A stretch of 47,794 nt of DNA from Betaproteobacteria bacterium (GCA_016192835.1 JACPTJ010000107.1:1-47794); one strand, 5' to 3'; positions 27,760 to 35,694 are shown, counted from the first letter of the stretch. Numbers and translations: made by a program. The notes: generated by a model from the sequence alone, not told the origin.

Positions 27760-27995
27760 TGATTTTCAAGGCGGCAATTAGCCCCGCCACATCGGGGTCC
27801 ACTTCTTCAAGTTGCGAGACAACGCGAACACTCCCCTTGCGCGTGGAGCGGGCAACGCTTGTGCGGCGAACCTCAGCCAGGGTATCGAGCAATCTTTCCA
27901 TGCTCCGAGTGTAACCGGTCGCCTGTTGTGCGCGCAGATGCAGCAGTCGCGCCAGTAGATAGTGCTCGCCAGAAAACCCCTGTTTTTAAAAAAGC
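27760..27995 (-). pseudogene. Possible C-terminal remnant of an unclassified transposase
   Basis: My minus-strand translation reads '..GFSGEHYLLARLLHLRAQQATGYTRSMERLLDTLAEVRRTSV...EEVDPDVAGLIAALKISV*'. It is reminiscent of IS4/IS1634-type C-termini. It has no N-terminal part and sits in an AT-richer stretch. Confidence 0.25.
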
Positions 27996-28161
27996 AGCTT
28001 GCCTAAAATGTGAACACGCCACCGAAAATATTTGTCTTTCGTTGCGGAACGAGAAGTTTTTCAGTTCTCTTGCACGAAAACCCGACTTTCTACAATTTCT
28101 AGCCGAGCACATTCCCTGATTGTTAAATCAGGTCCCTCTAAAGAAACGCTCTGGAATCTGC

Positions 28162-29407
28162 TTAAGCCGCCAGCTTGTAGGTCGTTTCACGATCAGCGTA
28201 TTTCCTTTTTCGCTGTTCACGCCGCTGCTCCTGTTGCCATAGGATAGCGCCGACGCGGTGAATATTTCTTGCCACCACGGCCAATGCAACATAGCGCTTG
28301 AATCCGTCGATGCCGTGATCCGGGCACCTGTCCAGTCCATGCACTTCGAGCGCGTTAATCGCTGATTCAACCGCCGAGTGGGCGCGCCTGGCCTTGAGGA
28401 ATGTTTCGGATTGCTCGGCTGCCTCCGCTGGTTGCGAGAGCTTGCCTTTTTGGGGCAATGCCGCCAGCTCCAGGAGTTCTTTCAATCCGGTCTGATTGGC
28501 TGGTGAATGAAAGCCTTTATCGAAGCTGCAGGCATTCAATTTCGGAAATCTCTTCTTGGCCTCCGCCACCATCGAAACGGTGACTTGATCATCGGTCTTC
28601 TTTTGCATCACTTGATGATGCAATATAAATTGATGCTGGTCTTCCAGGACACATACTTTGACCCCTAGTTCTACCGGAACACCGGCTTTGCCTTTGCTGA
28701 TCCATTCGGTGTGCGGCTCAAAGATCGAGAATACTTTCTCGCCATGCGGGATCGCTTCTCCCAGCATGACGCGGCGCTTCGTTTGGTCGATTTGGCGTAT
28801 CGCGTGTCGCATGAAGCCTTCAATCTCCAGCTTCTTCAGAACATCGAATTCGTCGGTTACCCGTTGCTCGAGCAGGGCCAGCGCCACGTGCGCTCTTTTC
28901 AGATAGCGCTCGGCAACCTCCAGGTACTCTTGACGCGCTTGGGCAATCAGCGTCGCGTTTCTCTTTTGCTGTTCTTCCGATTGGGCTTTGCTGCGCTTCT
29001 TGTTCTGGGCAGCGCGCATGAGCCGTTTGAGGTGCCTGACGTGGTAGGCGTGTTGCCGCCAGTCGCTCACCTCATGCTGTTCGCACCACTGCGCGGTCAG
29101 CGTGATGACTTTGCGCATCGCGTCATACAGCAGGTTGATATCGGTGGGGTAATGCACATTCGTTTCAACCACCAAGGAGTCGCACCGCCCACGCAGCGCT
29201 TCGCCTGCCTTTTTTTACCAGGGCATGCCCGCCATTGACCACTACCTGATTGATCTTGTCGAGCAGTTCCGGCGTGAGCAGAGGTCGGTGGCTTGCATCG
29301 CCATTACGAGCGGATGGCAGCATGACTTGGGGGCGACTCGCTGCGCCGAGTCGCGCGTACGAGTTTTCGGGAAGGACAACAGACCATACGTGAAGGCGCC
29401 AACACAC
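28162..29407 (-). pseudogene. DDE transposase (IS5/IS1182/ISNCY-like), frameshifted and 5'-truncated
   Basis: 'RCDSLVVETNVHYPTDINLL', 'SFDKGFHSP' and 'RRAHSAVESAINALEVHGLDRCPDHGIDGFKRYVALAVVARNIH'. The upstream part (29165..29407) is in another frame. The frames join across an A7 run (T7 on plus, 29210..29216), and an A6 run would restore '..LVKKAGEALRGRCDS..'. Confidence 0.8.
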
Positions 29408-29439
29408 ATCCGAAGTTTGCAGATCCGTATTTTTGCGGA

Positions 29440-30855
29440 CTACACGTACATTTTTACACTGCGATTCTCATTTGGATGCATCTTCACCCAGTCCGTCGCC
29501 TGTTCGTACGCGTGAGCAACGCGATAGATCAGCGCCTCGCTATAGGGCTTGCCGACGATCTGCATTGCCAGCGGCAGGCCGGTCTTGCTGAATCCTACCG
29601 GGACGGAAATCGCCGGGCTGCCGGTCACGTTAAACGGCGCGCGTGCCTGCCGGGCGTAGGTGTGCTCAATCGCCTGCGGGTTGTCGATGCGGCAAGCCGG
29701 GTCCATCGAGCTCGCTGTCACTGCCACATCCATATCGGCGAACAGCGCGTGGAACGTATCCGCCATCTTGCGGCGAATGCGCGTGGCGTTGACGTAGTCG
29801 GCCGCGCGGACAAAGGCTCCAGCCATCAGCCGCTCGCGGGCGAGCGCGCCGTAATCCTGCGACCGCTCGCGCATCCACTTCTCGTGGATCGCAAAAGCCT
29901 CGCTCGTGAGGATCGTGCGGTTGCAAGCGGCGTAGTCGCCAAGCGCGGCGGTGTCTATTTCGCGTACCTGCGCGCCGAGATCGGTCAGCAGCTTGACCGC
30001 CGCCTCGATTCCGGCCGTCATCTCCGCGTCGGCCTTCATGTCGCGCATGTAGAAGTGGCGGATCACGCCGACTCTGAGGCCCACCACGCCGCGGCCGAGC
30101 TCCGCGGTGTAGCCGCCCGTCGCGCAGTTGGCGCTGCCCGGGTCGAGCGGGTCGTGACCCGCAATCGCGTCCAGCATCAGCGCGTTGTCTCTCACCGTGC
30201 GGGTTAGAGGGCCGACATGGTCGAGGGAGAAAGCGAGCGGCATCACGCCGCGCCGGCTGACCACGCCGTACGTGGGCTTCATGCCGACGATGCCGCACAT
30301 CGAGGCGGGGTTGCGTATCGAGCCCCCGGTATCGGTGCCGACCGCCGCCGGCAGGAACCCGGCTGCCGTCGCGGAGCCGGAGCCGCTCGACGACCCGCCG
30401 CAGAAATGGTCGCGGTTCCAAGGGTTGCGCGCCGGCGGCCAGGGCAGGTCGAAGGACGGCCCGCCGATCGCGAACTCGTGGGCCGACAACTTGCCCATGA
30501 AGACACCGCCGGCCGCGCGCAGTTTCTGCGTCACCGCCGCGTCGGTCGCCGCGAGGTTATCCTGCAGGATTTTCGAATGCGCAGTGGTCGGCAGGCCGGC
30601 ATAGTCGACGATGTCCTTGAGGCCGTACGGCACGCCGTGGAACGGACCGCGCCAGTCGCCGCGCATGATCTCCACCTCGGCGCGACGCGCGTCCTCCAGC
30701 GCGAGCTCGGGGGTGACACGGAGGAAAGCATTGAAATCGCTGTCGTGCGTTTCGATGCGGTCGAGCAGTGCTTTGGCGTACTCGACAGGCGAGAGCTTCC
30801 TCGTGCGCAACAGCTCGGCTGCCTCGGCAACGGTGAGGTAGGCGAGATCCGTCAT
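29440..30855 (-). CDS. Amidase-signature enzyme (AtzE/GatA-like), large subunit of split pair 1
   Basis: 471 aa with 'GVPYGLKDIVD' and 'GGSSSGSGSATAAG...GTDTGGSIRNPA'. Its start codon lies inside the ATGA that ends the small ORF at 30852. Confidence 0.9.
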   Translation of the reverse strand: MTDLAYLTVAEAAELLRTRKLSPVEYAKALLDRIETHDSDFNAFLRVTPELALEDARRAEVEIMRGDWRGPFHGVPYGLKDIVDYAGLPTTAHSKILQDNLAATDAAVTQKLRAAGGVFMGKLSAHEFAIGGPSFDLPWPPARNPWNRDHFCGGSSSGSGSATAAGFLPAAVGTDTGGSIRNPASMCGIVGMKPTYGVVSRRGVMPLAFSLDHVGPLTRTVRDNALMLDAIAGHDPLDPGSANCATGGYTAELGRGVVGLRVGVIRHFYMRDMKADAEMTAGIEAAVKLLTDLGAQVREIDTAALGDYAACNRTILTSEAFAIHEKWMRERSQDYGALARERLMAGAFVRAADYVNATRIRRKMADTFHALFADMDVAVTASSMDPACRIDNPQAIEHTYARQARAPFNVTGSPAISVPVGFSKTGLPLAMQIVGKPYSEALIYRVAHAYEQATDWVKMHPNENRSVKMYV

Positions 30856-31058
30856 CGCTTGTCCTCCGCAGCGAGGTGGAAAACGTGAGCCGGCTCGTCG
30901 GCCGGCGTGATTTCCCCAAGCGGCAGCACCTTCCGGCGCGCGCGCGCTGTGTTCGTCGCGCGCAGCAGCTGCTGCAGATGCTCGTCCGCGAGGCGCGTCA
31001 TGCCGATCTCGGCGGCCATCCTCCTCACCTCGTCGAGCGTCAAGCTTTCGTTCACCAT
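30852..31058 (-). CDS. ~68-aa AtzG/GatC-like (DUF4089-like) amidase partner protein
   Basis: ATG 31058 is preceded by AAGGAG. 'MVNESLTLDEVRRMAAEIGMTRLADEHLQQLL...ADEPAHVFHL'. It has a 4-nt overlap with the amidase start. The ORF-track start is TTG 31076. Confidence 0.6.
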   Translation of the reverse strand: MVNESLTLDEVRRMAAEIGMTRLADEHLQQLLRATNTARARRKVLPLGEITPADEPAHVFHLAAEDKR

Positions 31059-31116
31059 GTGGTGTCTCCTTGGCAAGTTGTACCGGGAAGCGCTGATCGC
31101 ACGGGATGAGAAGCGG

Positions 31117-32079
31117 TCAGCTCGTAAAGCTCAGCTTCGCTTCCTTGACCACCCGCCGCCATTTCTCGACGTCGCGCTTGATCATCCCGTGGAACACATG
31201 GGATGCTCCCCCTATCGGCTCCATGCCGTCGTTGGCGAGCCGCTCCTTCATTTGAGGCGTCTCGAGCGATTTGTTCACTGCCGAATTCCAGCGGCGGACG
31301 ACCTCCGCGGGCAGGCCTTTCGGCCCCATCACGCCGTAAACGATCACCGCCTCGTAACCGGGAACCGTGTCAGCGATGGTCGGCATCTCCGGAAGCGCGC
31401 TCACCCGTTGAGCGGTGGTGACCGCGATTCCGCGCAGCCTGCCCGCTTTGACGTGAGGCACGGTCGACGGCATGCTGCCGAACATCATCTCGACCTGATT
31501 GCCGAGGAGCGCAGTGAGTGCGGGACCGGTGCCTTTGAACGGAATGTGCATCATGCGGATGCCCGCCATGAGGCCGAAGAGCTCCGTGGCCAGATGCGTG
31601 ATGGCGCCTGTGCCGCTCGACCCGTAGTTGAGCTTGCCGGGATTCGCTTTCGCAAAAACAATGAGCTCACTCGTCGTCTTGATCTGCACGGCCGGATGCA
31701 CCGCGACGACGAAGCCGGCACCGCCGATGGCGATCACTGCCTGCACGTCGTTGACCGGGTCGAACGACAACTTGTAAATGGCCGCGTTGGTCCCATAACC
31801 CGATACCAGGCCGAGGGTATAACCGTCGGGGGTTGCGCGCACGATCATTTCTTCCCCGATATTGCCTCCGGCACCGGGGCGGTTGTCGACGACGACGGAC
31901 TGGTCAAAGGACTGCGACATCTGCTGCGCCATGACGCGTGCCACGATATCCGTGCCTCCGCCTGCGCGAACGGAATGATCAATCGCACGGGCCGGGTGGG
32001 ATACTGCTGCGCGAAATACAACGCCCGCGCTCGGCAACGCGCTGAACAGCAACAGGCACGATGCTATGGCCAATTTCAT
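31117..32079 (-). CDS. Bug/TctC family receptor with a compensated double frameshift in the N-terminal signature
   Basis: The ORF is intact, with 'VDNRPGAGGNIG', 'YGSSGTGAITHL' and 'IPFKGTGPA'. The expected 'FAQQYPTRPVRLIIPFA' is encoded only in the +1 frame of 31965..32015. The ORF frame reads 'FRAAVSHPARAIDHSVRA' there. Confidence 0.8.
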   Translation of the reverse strand: MKLAIASCLLLFSALPSAGVVFRAAVSHPARAIDHSVRAGGGTDIVARVMAQQMSQSFDQSVVVDNRPGAGGNIGEEMIVRATPDGYTLGLVSGYGTNAAIYKLSFDPVNDVQAVIAIGGAGFVVAVHPAVQIKTTSELIVFAKANPGKLNYGSSGTGAITHLATELFGLMAGIRMMHIPFKGTGPALTALLGNQVEMMFGSMPSTVPHVKAGRLRGIAVTTAQRVSALPEMPTIADTVPGYEAVIVYGVMGPKGLPAEVVRRWNSAVNKSLETPQMKERLANDGMEPIGGASHVFHGMIKRDVEKWRRVVKEAKLSFTS

Positions 32080-32114
32080 GAGTTCCTCCGTTCCAGGTTT
32101 TCCGTAGAAGACAT

Positions 32115-32166
32115 AGGAAAATCAATACACCCGTCGCCAGGGTTCTGTGCCAATGCAACGCTGCAG
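32115..32166 (+). repeat. 52-nt IS terminal repeat (left end), inverted relative to 35643..35694
   Basis: AGGAAAATCAATACACCCGTCGCC...CTGTGCCAATGCAACGCTGCAG matches the reverse complement of 35643..35694 at 43 of 52 positions (hand count). Confidence 0.75.
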
Positions 32167-32193
32167 CGATTGTATCCCGCAAATATAGATTAT

Positions 32194-32223
32194 GGCATGA
32201 TGGGCGCATGGTTGTGCTCATCA
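32194..32223 (+). repeat. 30-nt direct repeat (transposase 5' region), copy A; copy B is at 34020..34049
   Basis: GGCATGATGGGCGCATGGTTGTGCTCATCA versus GGCATGATAGGCGCATGGTCGCGCTCATCA matches at 27 of 30 positions. Both contain an ATG opening 'MV.LI..' reading frames. Confidence 0.7.
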
Positions 32224-32272
32224 CGCCGATTCTTGCACTTCCTGCTGAAGAATTCGCAGAGGAGACCAACGC

Positions 32273-32476
32273 ATGCCGAAGAACATCGACCCGCAGGCCG
32301 TGAGGCGTCTCGCCGCGCAACTGCGCGGCCTGGAGGTGACCGAAGAACGCGCCGCGCAGCTCGCCATCGAGATTGCGCGGGTGAACGAGGCCGCGCGCGC
32401 CGAAGGCGCGAAGAACGATTTCAACGACCAGCCCACGAACTTCGCGGTCACCCTGGCTGTGCTCGCAAAGCGATGA
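32273..32476 (+). CDS. 67-aa AtzG/GatC-like (DUF4089-like) amidase partner protein
   Basis: GAGGAG RBS. 'MPKNIDPQAVRRLAAQLRGLEVTEERAAQLAIEIARVNEAA...NDQPTNFAVTL'. The stop TGA (32474..32476) overlaps the amidase ATG at 32473. Confidence 0.6.
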   Translation: MPKNIDPQAVRRLAAQLRGLEVTEERAAQLAIEIARVNEAARAEGAKNDFNDQPTNFAVTLAVLAKR

Positions 32477-33885
32477 GCGCCGACCTCCTGAACATGAGCC
32501 TGTGCGAGGTTGCGCAGGCGATACGGCGCAAGCGCGTGTCCTCGCTGGAAGTGACGCGCGCCTGTCTCGCGCGCGCGAAGGCGGTGCAACCGACCGTGAA
32601 CTGCTTCATCGCGATCGAGGAGGACGAGGCGCTGCGCGCCGCGCGCGCGGCCGACCGCGCGGTGAAGCGCGGTGCGAAGCTCGGCTCGCTGCATGGTGTC
32701 CCGCTCGCCCACAAGGACATGTTCTACCGCGCCGGGCGCGTCTCCACCGGGGGCAGCAAGATCCTGCGCGACTACCGTCCGACCGTCACGGCGACGGTCG
32801 TCGAACGGCTGGCGGCGGCCGGCGCGATCTGGCTCGGCAACCTCAACATGGCCGAGTTCGCCGCCAATCCAACCGGACACAACGAGCACTGGGGCGATTG
32901 CTGCAATCCGTGGAACACCGCGCACATCACCGGCGGGTCGTCGAGCGGTTCGGGCGCGGCGGTGGCGGCGCGAACGTGCTACGGCTCCCTCGGTTCAGAC
33001 ACTGGCGGCTCGATACGGCTGCCCGCGGCGGCGAACGGCGTCGTCGGCCTCAAGCCGACCTACGGCCGCGTGAGCCGCCATGCCATCCTCCCGCGCGTCT
33101 GGTCGCTGGACACCGTGGGCCCGCTCACGCGGACGGTGCGCGACTGCGCCCGGATCACGGCCGTCATCGCCGGCGCCGATCCGCTCGACCCGACTGCGAG
33201 CGCGCAGCCGGTGCCGAACTACGAGCGTCTGCTCGATCGCCGGATTCGCGGATGGAAGATCGGCGTGCCGCGCAACCACTTCTACGACGGCATCGCCGAG
33301 GACGTGCGCCGGGCCATGGAGGAGAGCCTCGCGGTGTTGCGATCGCTCGGCGCGCGCATCATCGAGCTCGACGTCCCGGACCCGCAGCACACCTACCAGC
33401 TCACCAACGCCATCGGCCAAGTCGAATCCGCGACGATCTACGCCAACTGGCTGCGGGAGCGGCCGCAGGATTTCTCGCTGGTGGTGCGCACGCGCACGGA
33501 AGCCGGCATGCTCGTGCCGGGGGTGAGTTACCTGGAAGCGCTCAATGCGCGGCCTCGCATCGCCGCCGAGTTCGTCCGCCAAGTGTACGGCACCGTCGAC
33601 GCCCTGCACGCGCCGGTCATGACGATGCCCGTGCCGACGCGCGCCGAGACGACGCCCGGGGGATCGGGCGAGGTCATGGACATGCTCGCGCGGCTCACCC
33701 ACAACACGCGCCCGATCAATTTTCTCGGGCTGCCTTCGCTCGCGGTGCCGGCGGGCTTCGCGGACAACGGCCTGCCCGTCGCCTTCCAGCTGATCGGTCG
33801 ACCGTTCGCCGAAGACGTGCTCCTCCGGATCGGGGATGCCTTTCAGGCGGAGACCGACTGGCACGCGCGCGCGCCGACGTCCTGA
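32473..33885 (+). CDS. Amidase-signature enzyme (AtzE-like), large subunit of split pair 2
   Basis: 470 aa. This is the in-frame C-terminal part of the artefactual 992-aa track ORF. 'GVPLAHKDMF' and 'GGSSSGSGAAVAAR...GSDTGGSIRLPA'. Confidence 0.9.
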   Translation: MSADLLNMSLCEVAQAIRRKRVSSLEVTRACLARAKAVQPTVNCFIAIEEDEALRAARAADRAVKRGAKLGSLHGVPLAHKDMFYRAGRVSTGGSKILRDYRPTVTATVVERLAAAGAIWLGNLNMAEFAANPTGHNEHWGDCCNPWNTAHITGGSSSGSGAAVAARTCYGSLGSDTGGSIRLPAAANGVVGLKPTYGRVSRHAILPRVWSLDTVGPLTRTVRDCARITAVIAGADPLDPTASAQPVPNYERLLDRRIRGWKIGVPRNHFYDGIAEDVRRAMEESLAVLRSLGARIIELDVPDPQHTYQLTNAIGQVESATIYANWLRERPQDFSLVVRTRTEAGMLVPGVSYLEALNARPRIAAEFVRQVYGTVDALHAPVMTMPVPTRAETTPGGSGEVMDMLARLTHNTRPINFLGLPSLAVPAGFADNGLPVAFQLIGRPFAEDVLLRIGDAFQAETDWHARAPTS

Positions 33886-34019
33886 TGCAGGACGCGGCCG
33901 GCCCGATCGTCGCCATCAACGTGAGCCCGCGCGAAGACCTGCGCACCGAATGGCCGACCTCGTACCTGTGCTCCGCATTTATTCGATCCGAGGGCGGTAA
34001 CCGGCTGATCGCGGTTCAC

Positions 34020-34049
34020 GGCATGATAGGCGCATGGTCGCGCTCATCA
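34020..34049 (+). repeat. 30-nt direct repeat, copy B (see 32194..32223)
   Basis: See copy A. Here it leads into the longer transposase fragment at 34034. Confidence 0.7.
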
Positions 34050-34363
34050 AGATCGCGCTTCACCTCGTCACAGACGTCTTCCGGTTAGCCGGCCTCCTGT
34101 GCCGACCGACGCGGTCGGTCCAAGCCGAGAATCTGTTCCTTCGCCGACAACGGGCACTGCCTAAAGATCGCGGCGTTCAACCACGGCGGATAGACCCCGC
34201 AACCCGAATCAGTTTGGCTATCCTGGCAGGGCTCTTCGAATGGCGGGATGCGCTGTTTGTATTACAGCCGAAGACGATGATCCGGTGGCAGCGTGCCGGC
34301 TGGCGCTTGTTCTGGCGATGGAAGTGTCTGCGCGGCCGCCCAGAGATTCCAGTAGAACTAATG
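34034..34363 (+). pseudogene. N-terminal fragment of an rve-type (IS481/IS3-superfamily-like) transposase/integrase
   Basis: 'SVQAENLFLRRQ', 'LQPKTMIRWQRAGWRLFWRWK' and 'GRPEIPVEL' form the characteristic N-terminal region. Similarity ends at ~codon 110 and no catalytic domain follows. Confidence 0.65.
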
Positions 34364-34448
34364 AGATGGACGCCCCCTTCCTCAAACGGCATCAAAGTGC
34401 CAAAGTGGCAATGGGTTCAATCCACTGAAAAGGAAAGGAGCGTCCGAG

Positions 34449-34733
34449 ATGAAGATTACGACAATTGGGATCGATTTGGCAAAGAATGTGTTTCAGGTAC
34501 ATGGGGTCGATGAGCGGGGCAAAGCGGTGCTGCGCAAGCAGCTCAAGCGCAAGGACGTGGTGAAGTTCTTCGCGAATCTCGAGTGCTGCCTGATCGGCAT
34601 GGAAGCCTGCGGCAGCGCCCATTATTGGGGGAGGACGCTCTCGGAGCTGAGCCACACGGTGCGCCTGATGGCCCCGCAGTTTGTGAAGCCCTACGTGAAG
34701 ACGAACAAGAGCGACCGCAATGACGCCGAGGCG
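34449..34733 (+). pseudogene. N-terminal fragment of an IS110-family (DEDD) transposase
   Basis: 'MKITTIGIDLAKNVFQVHGVDERGK', 'GMEACGSAHYWGR', 'LMAPQFVKPYVKTNKSDRNDAEA' and a GGAAAGGAG RBS. The family-typical sequence stops after ~95 codons. Confidence 0.8.
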
Positions 34734-35104
34734 ACCTACCAGTCCGATTACGTTGCGAAACGCACGGCCGCGTAATCGCGGTCGGTTGAATTGAACGAAG
34801 GAACGTTTAGCAAAGGAGGGCTTCCGCCGATTGCTCAGGCAATCATGAGGTCATGGCAAGATAGGTCAGACCGTGACGGGGTAAGCCTGAGGGACCCAAC
34901 GCACTTCGAGTGCACGTCACTGATGAGGCCCCCTCAGCCGATTCCATCAGGGACCGAGGCATAAGCCTCATACAAAGTCCGGATCTATGGCTGCAATCTT
35001 TACCTTCTCGCCGTCATTGATTGATTGCTTGACAAACCGGGGGCGTCCATCTATGGGTCCCGAGGCCTGGCCGGTGCACGCCGGCCTGCCGCTCACCTAC
35101 CACC

Positions 35105-35464
35105 TGTTATGCGCTGCAGCGCATAACGGGCGCAATGCAGAGTGTATTGTTATGCGGAGCCGCATCCTCGGAGGCCCTGATTACAGGTCATTTTGAAGGT
35201 TGTTCTCTCCGCATAGAAGTGCGCGCTTTCAGCGAGGCGATCAGTGCATCGGTTGCCTTGAAGCGCGAAGTGCTTGAACTCGTAGAGGGGAATCAAAGAA
35301 CTGTTCGAGCATGACGTCCATCCTTGGATGGAAATCTGAGGCCAGAGGGCCGTCACTATTATGCGGAGTCGTTAGACCTGCAATGCGGTCACATCCCGAT
35401 GAATGAACTACGTTATCTCAGCTCCTACGATCCTCCTCTCCGCATAACAATAAACTCTGCATTA
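35105..35464. mobile_element. ~360-bp non-autonomous (MITE/PATE-like) insertion inside repeat copy 2
   Basis: It is absent from the otherwise collinear copy 1 (16251..16260) and is flanked by CACC on both sides. There is a 26-nt inverted repeat at 35134..35159 / 35438..35463 (25 of 26), and a perfect 20-nt palindrome at 35107..35126. There is no transposase-sized ORF. Confidence 0.7.
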
Positions 35465-35694
35465 CACCCGGTTCCCGACGTCGCCTGAACGCAGGGCGCG
35501 TTTGACTTGGCGCGCCCGGGGACTGCATAATTTGCCGCAACGTCCGTTGCGAAGTGCCCTGGCAGTGCAGATCGGGCGGGGGACACGCGCGGGTAGCCCC
35601 GATTACGCGACATCGGGCGCACCGAGCACCGATCCGGCATTACTGCACCGTCGCATTGGCACAGGGTGTCGGCGACGGGGGTATTGATTTTCCT
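35465..35694 (+). repeat. IS-end-like repeat, copy 2 (right portion; the left 20 nt are at 35085..35104 before the insertion)
   Basis: Near-identical to 16257..16476. It extends 8 nt further (..GTATTGATTTTCCT), which matches the inverted copy at 32115. Confidence 0.85.

Noticed and set aside
29203-29222. A7 run (minus strand) as a programmed ribosomal frameshift site in the transposase
   Set aside because: The downstream frame is +1 relative to the upstream frame, as expected from a 1-nt insertion in an A6 run. IS programmed frameshifts on A6G motifs are -1. A mutational or sequencing indel is the simpler explanation.
30907-32472. N-terminal 520 codons of the 992-aa plus-strand ORF 30907..33885
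   Set aside because: This part is antisense to the partner gene and to the Bug gene at 31117..32079, and it crosses an intergenic IS end. Only the last 470 codons (from ATG 32473, coupled to the small ORF) look like an amidase.
33886-34019. Short in-frame peptide '..DAAGPIVAINVSPREDL..' after the amidase stop, vaguely patatin-like
   Set aside because: It is too short and has only one weak motif, so it cannot be distinguished from chance in high-GC sequence.
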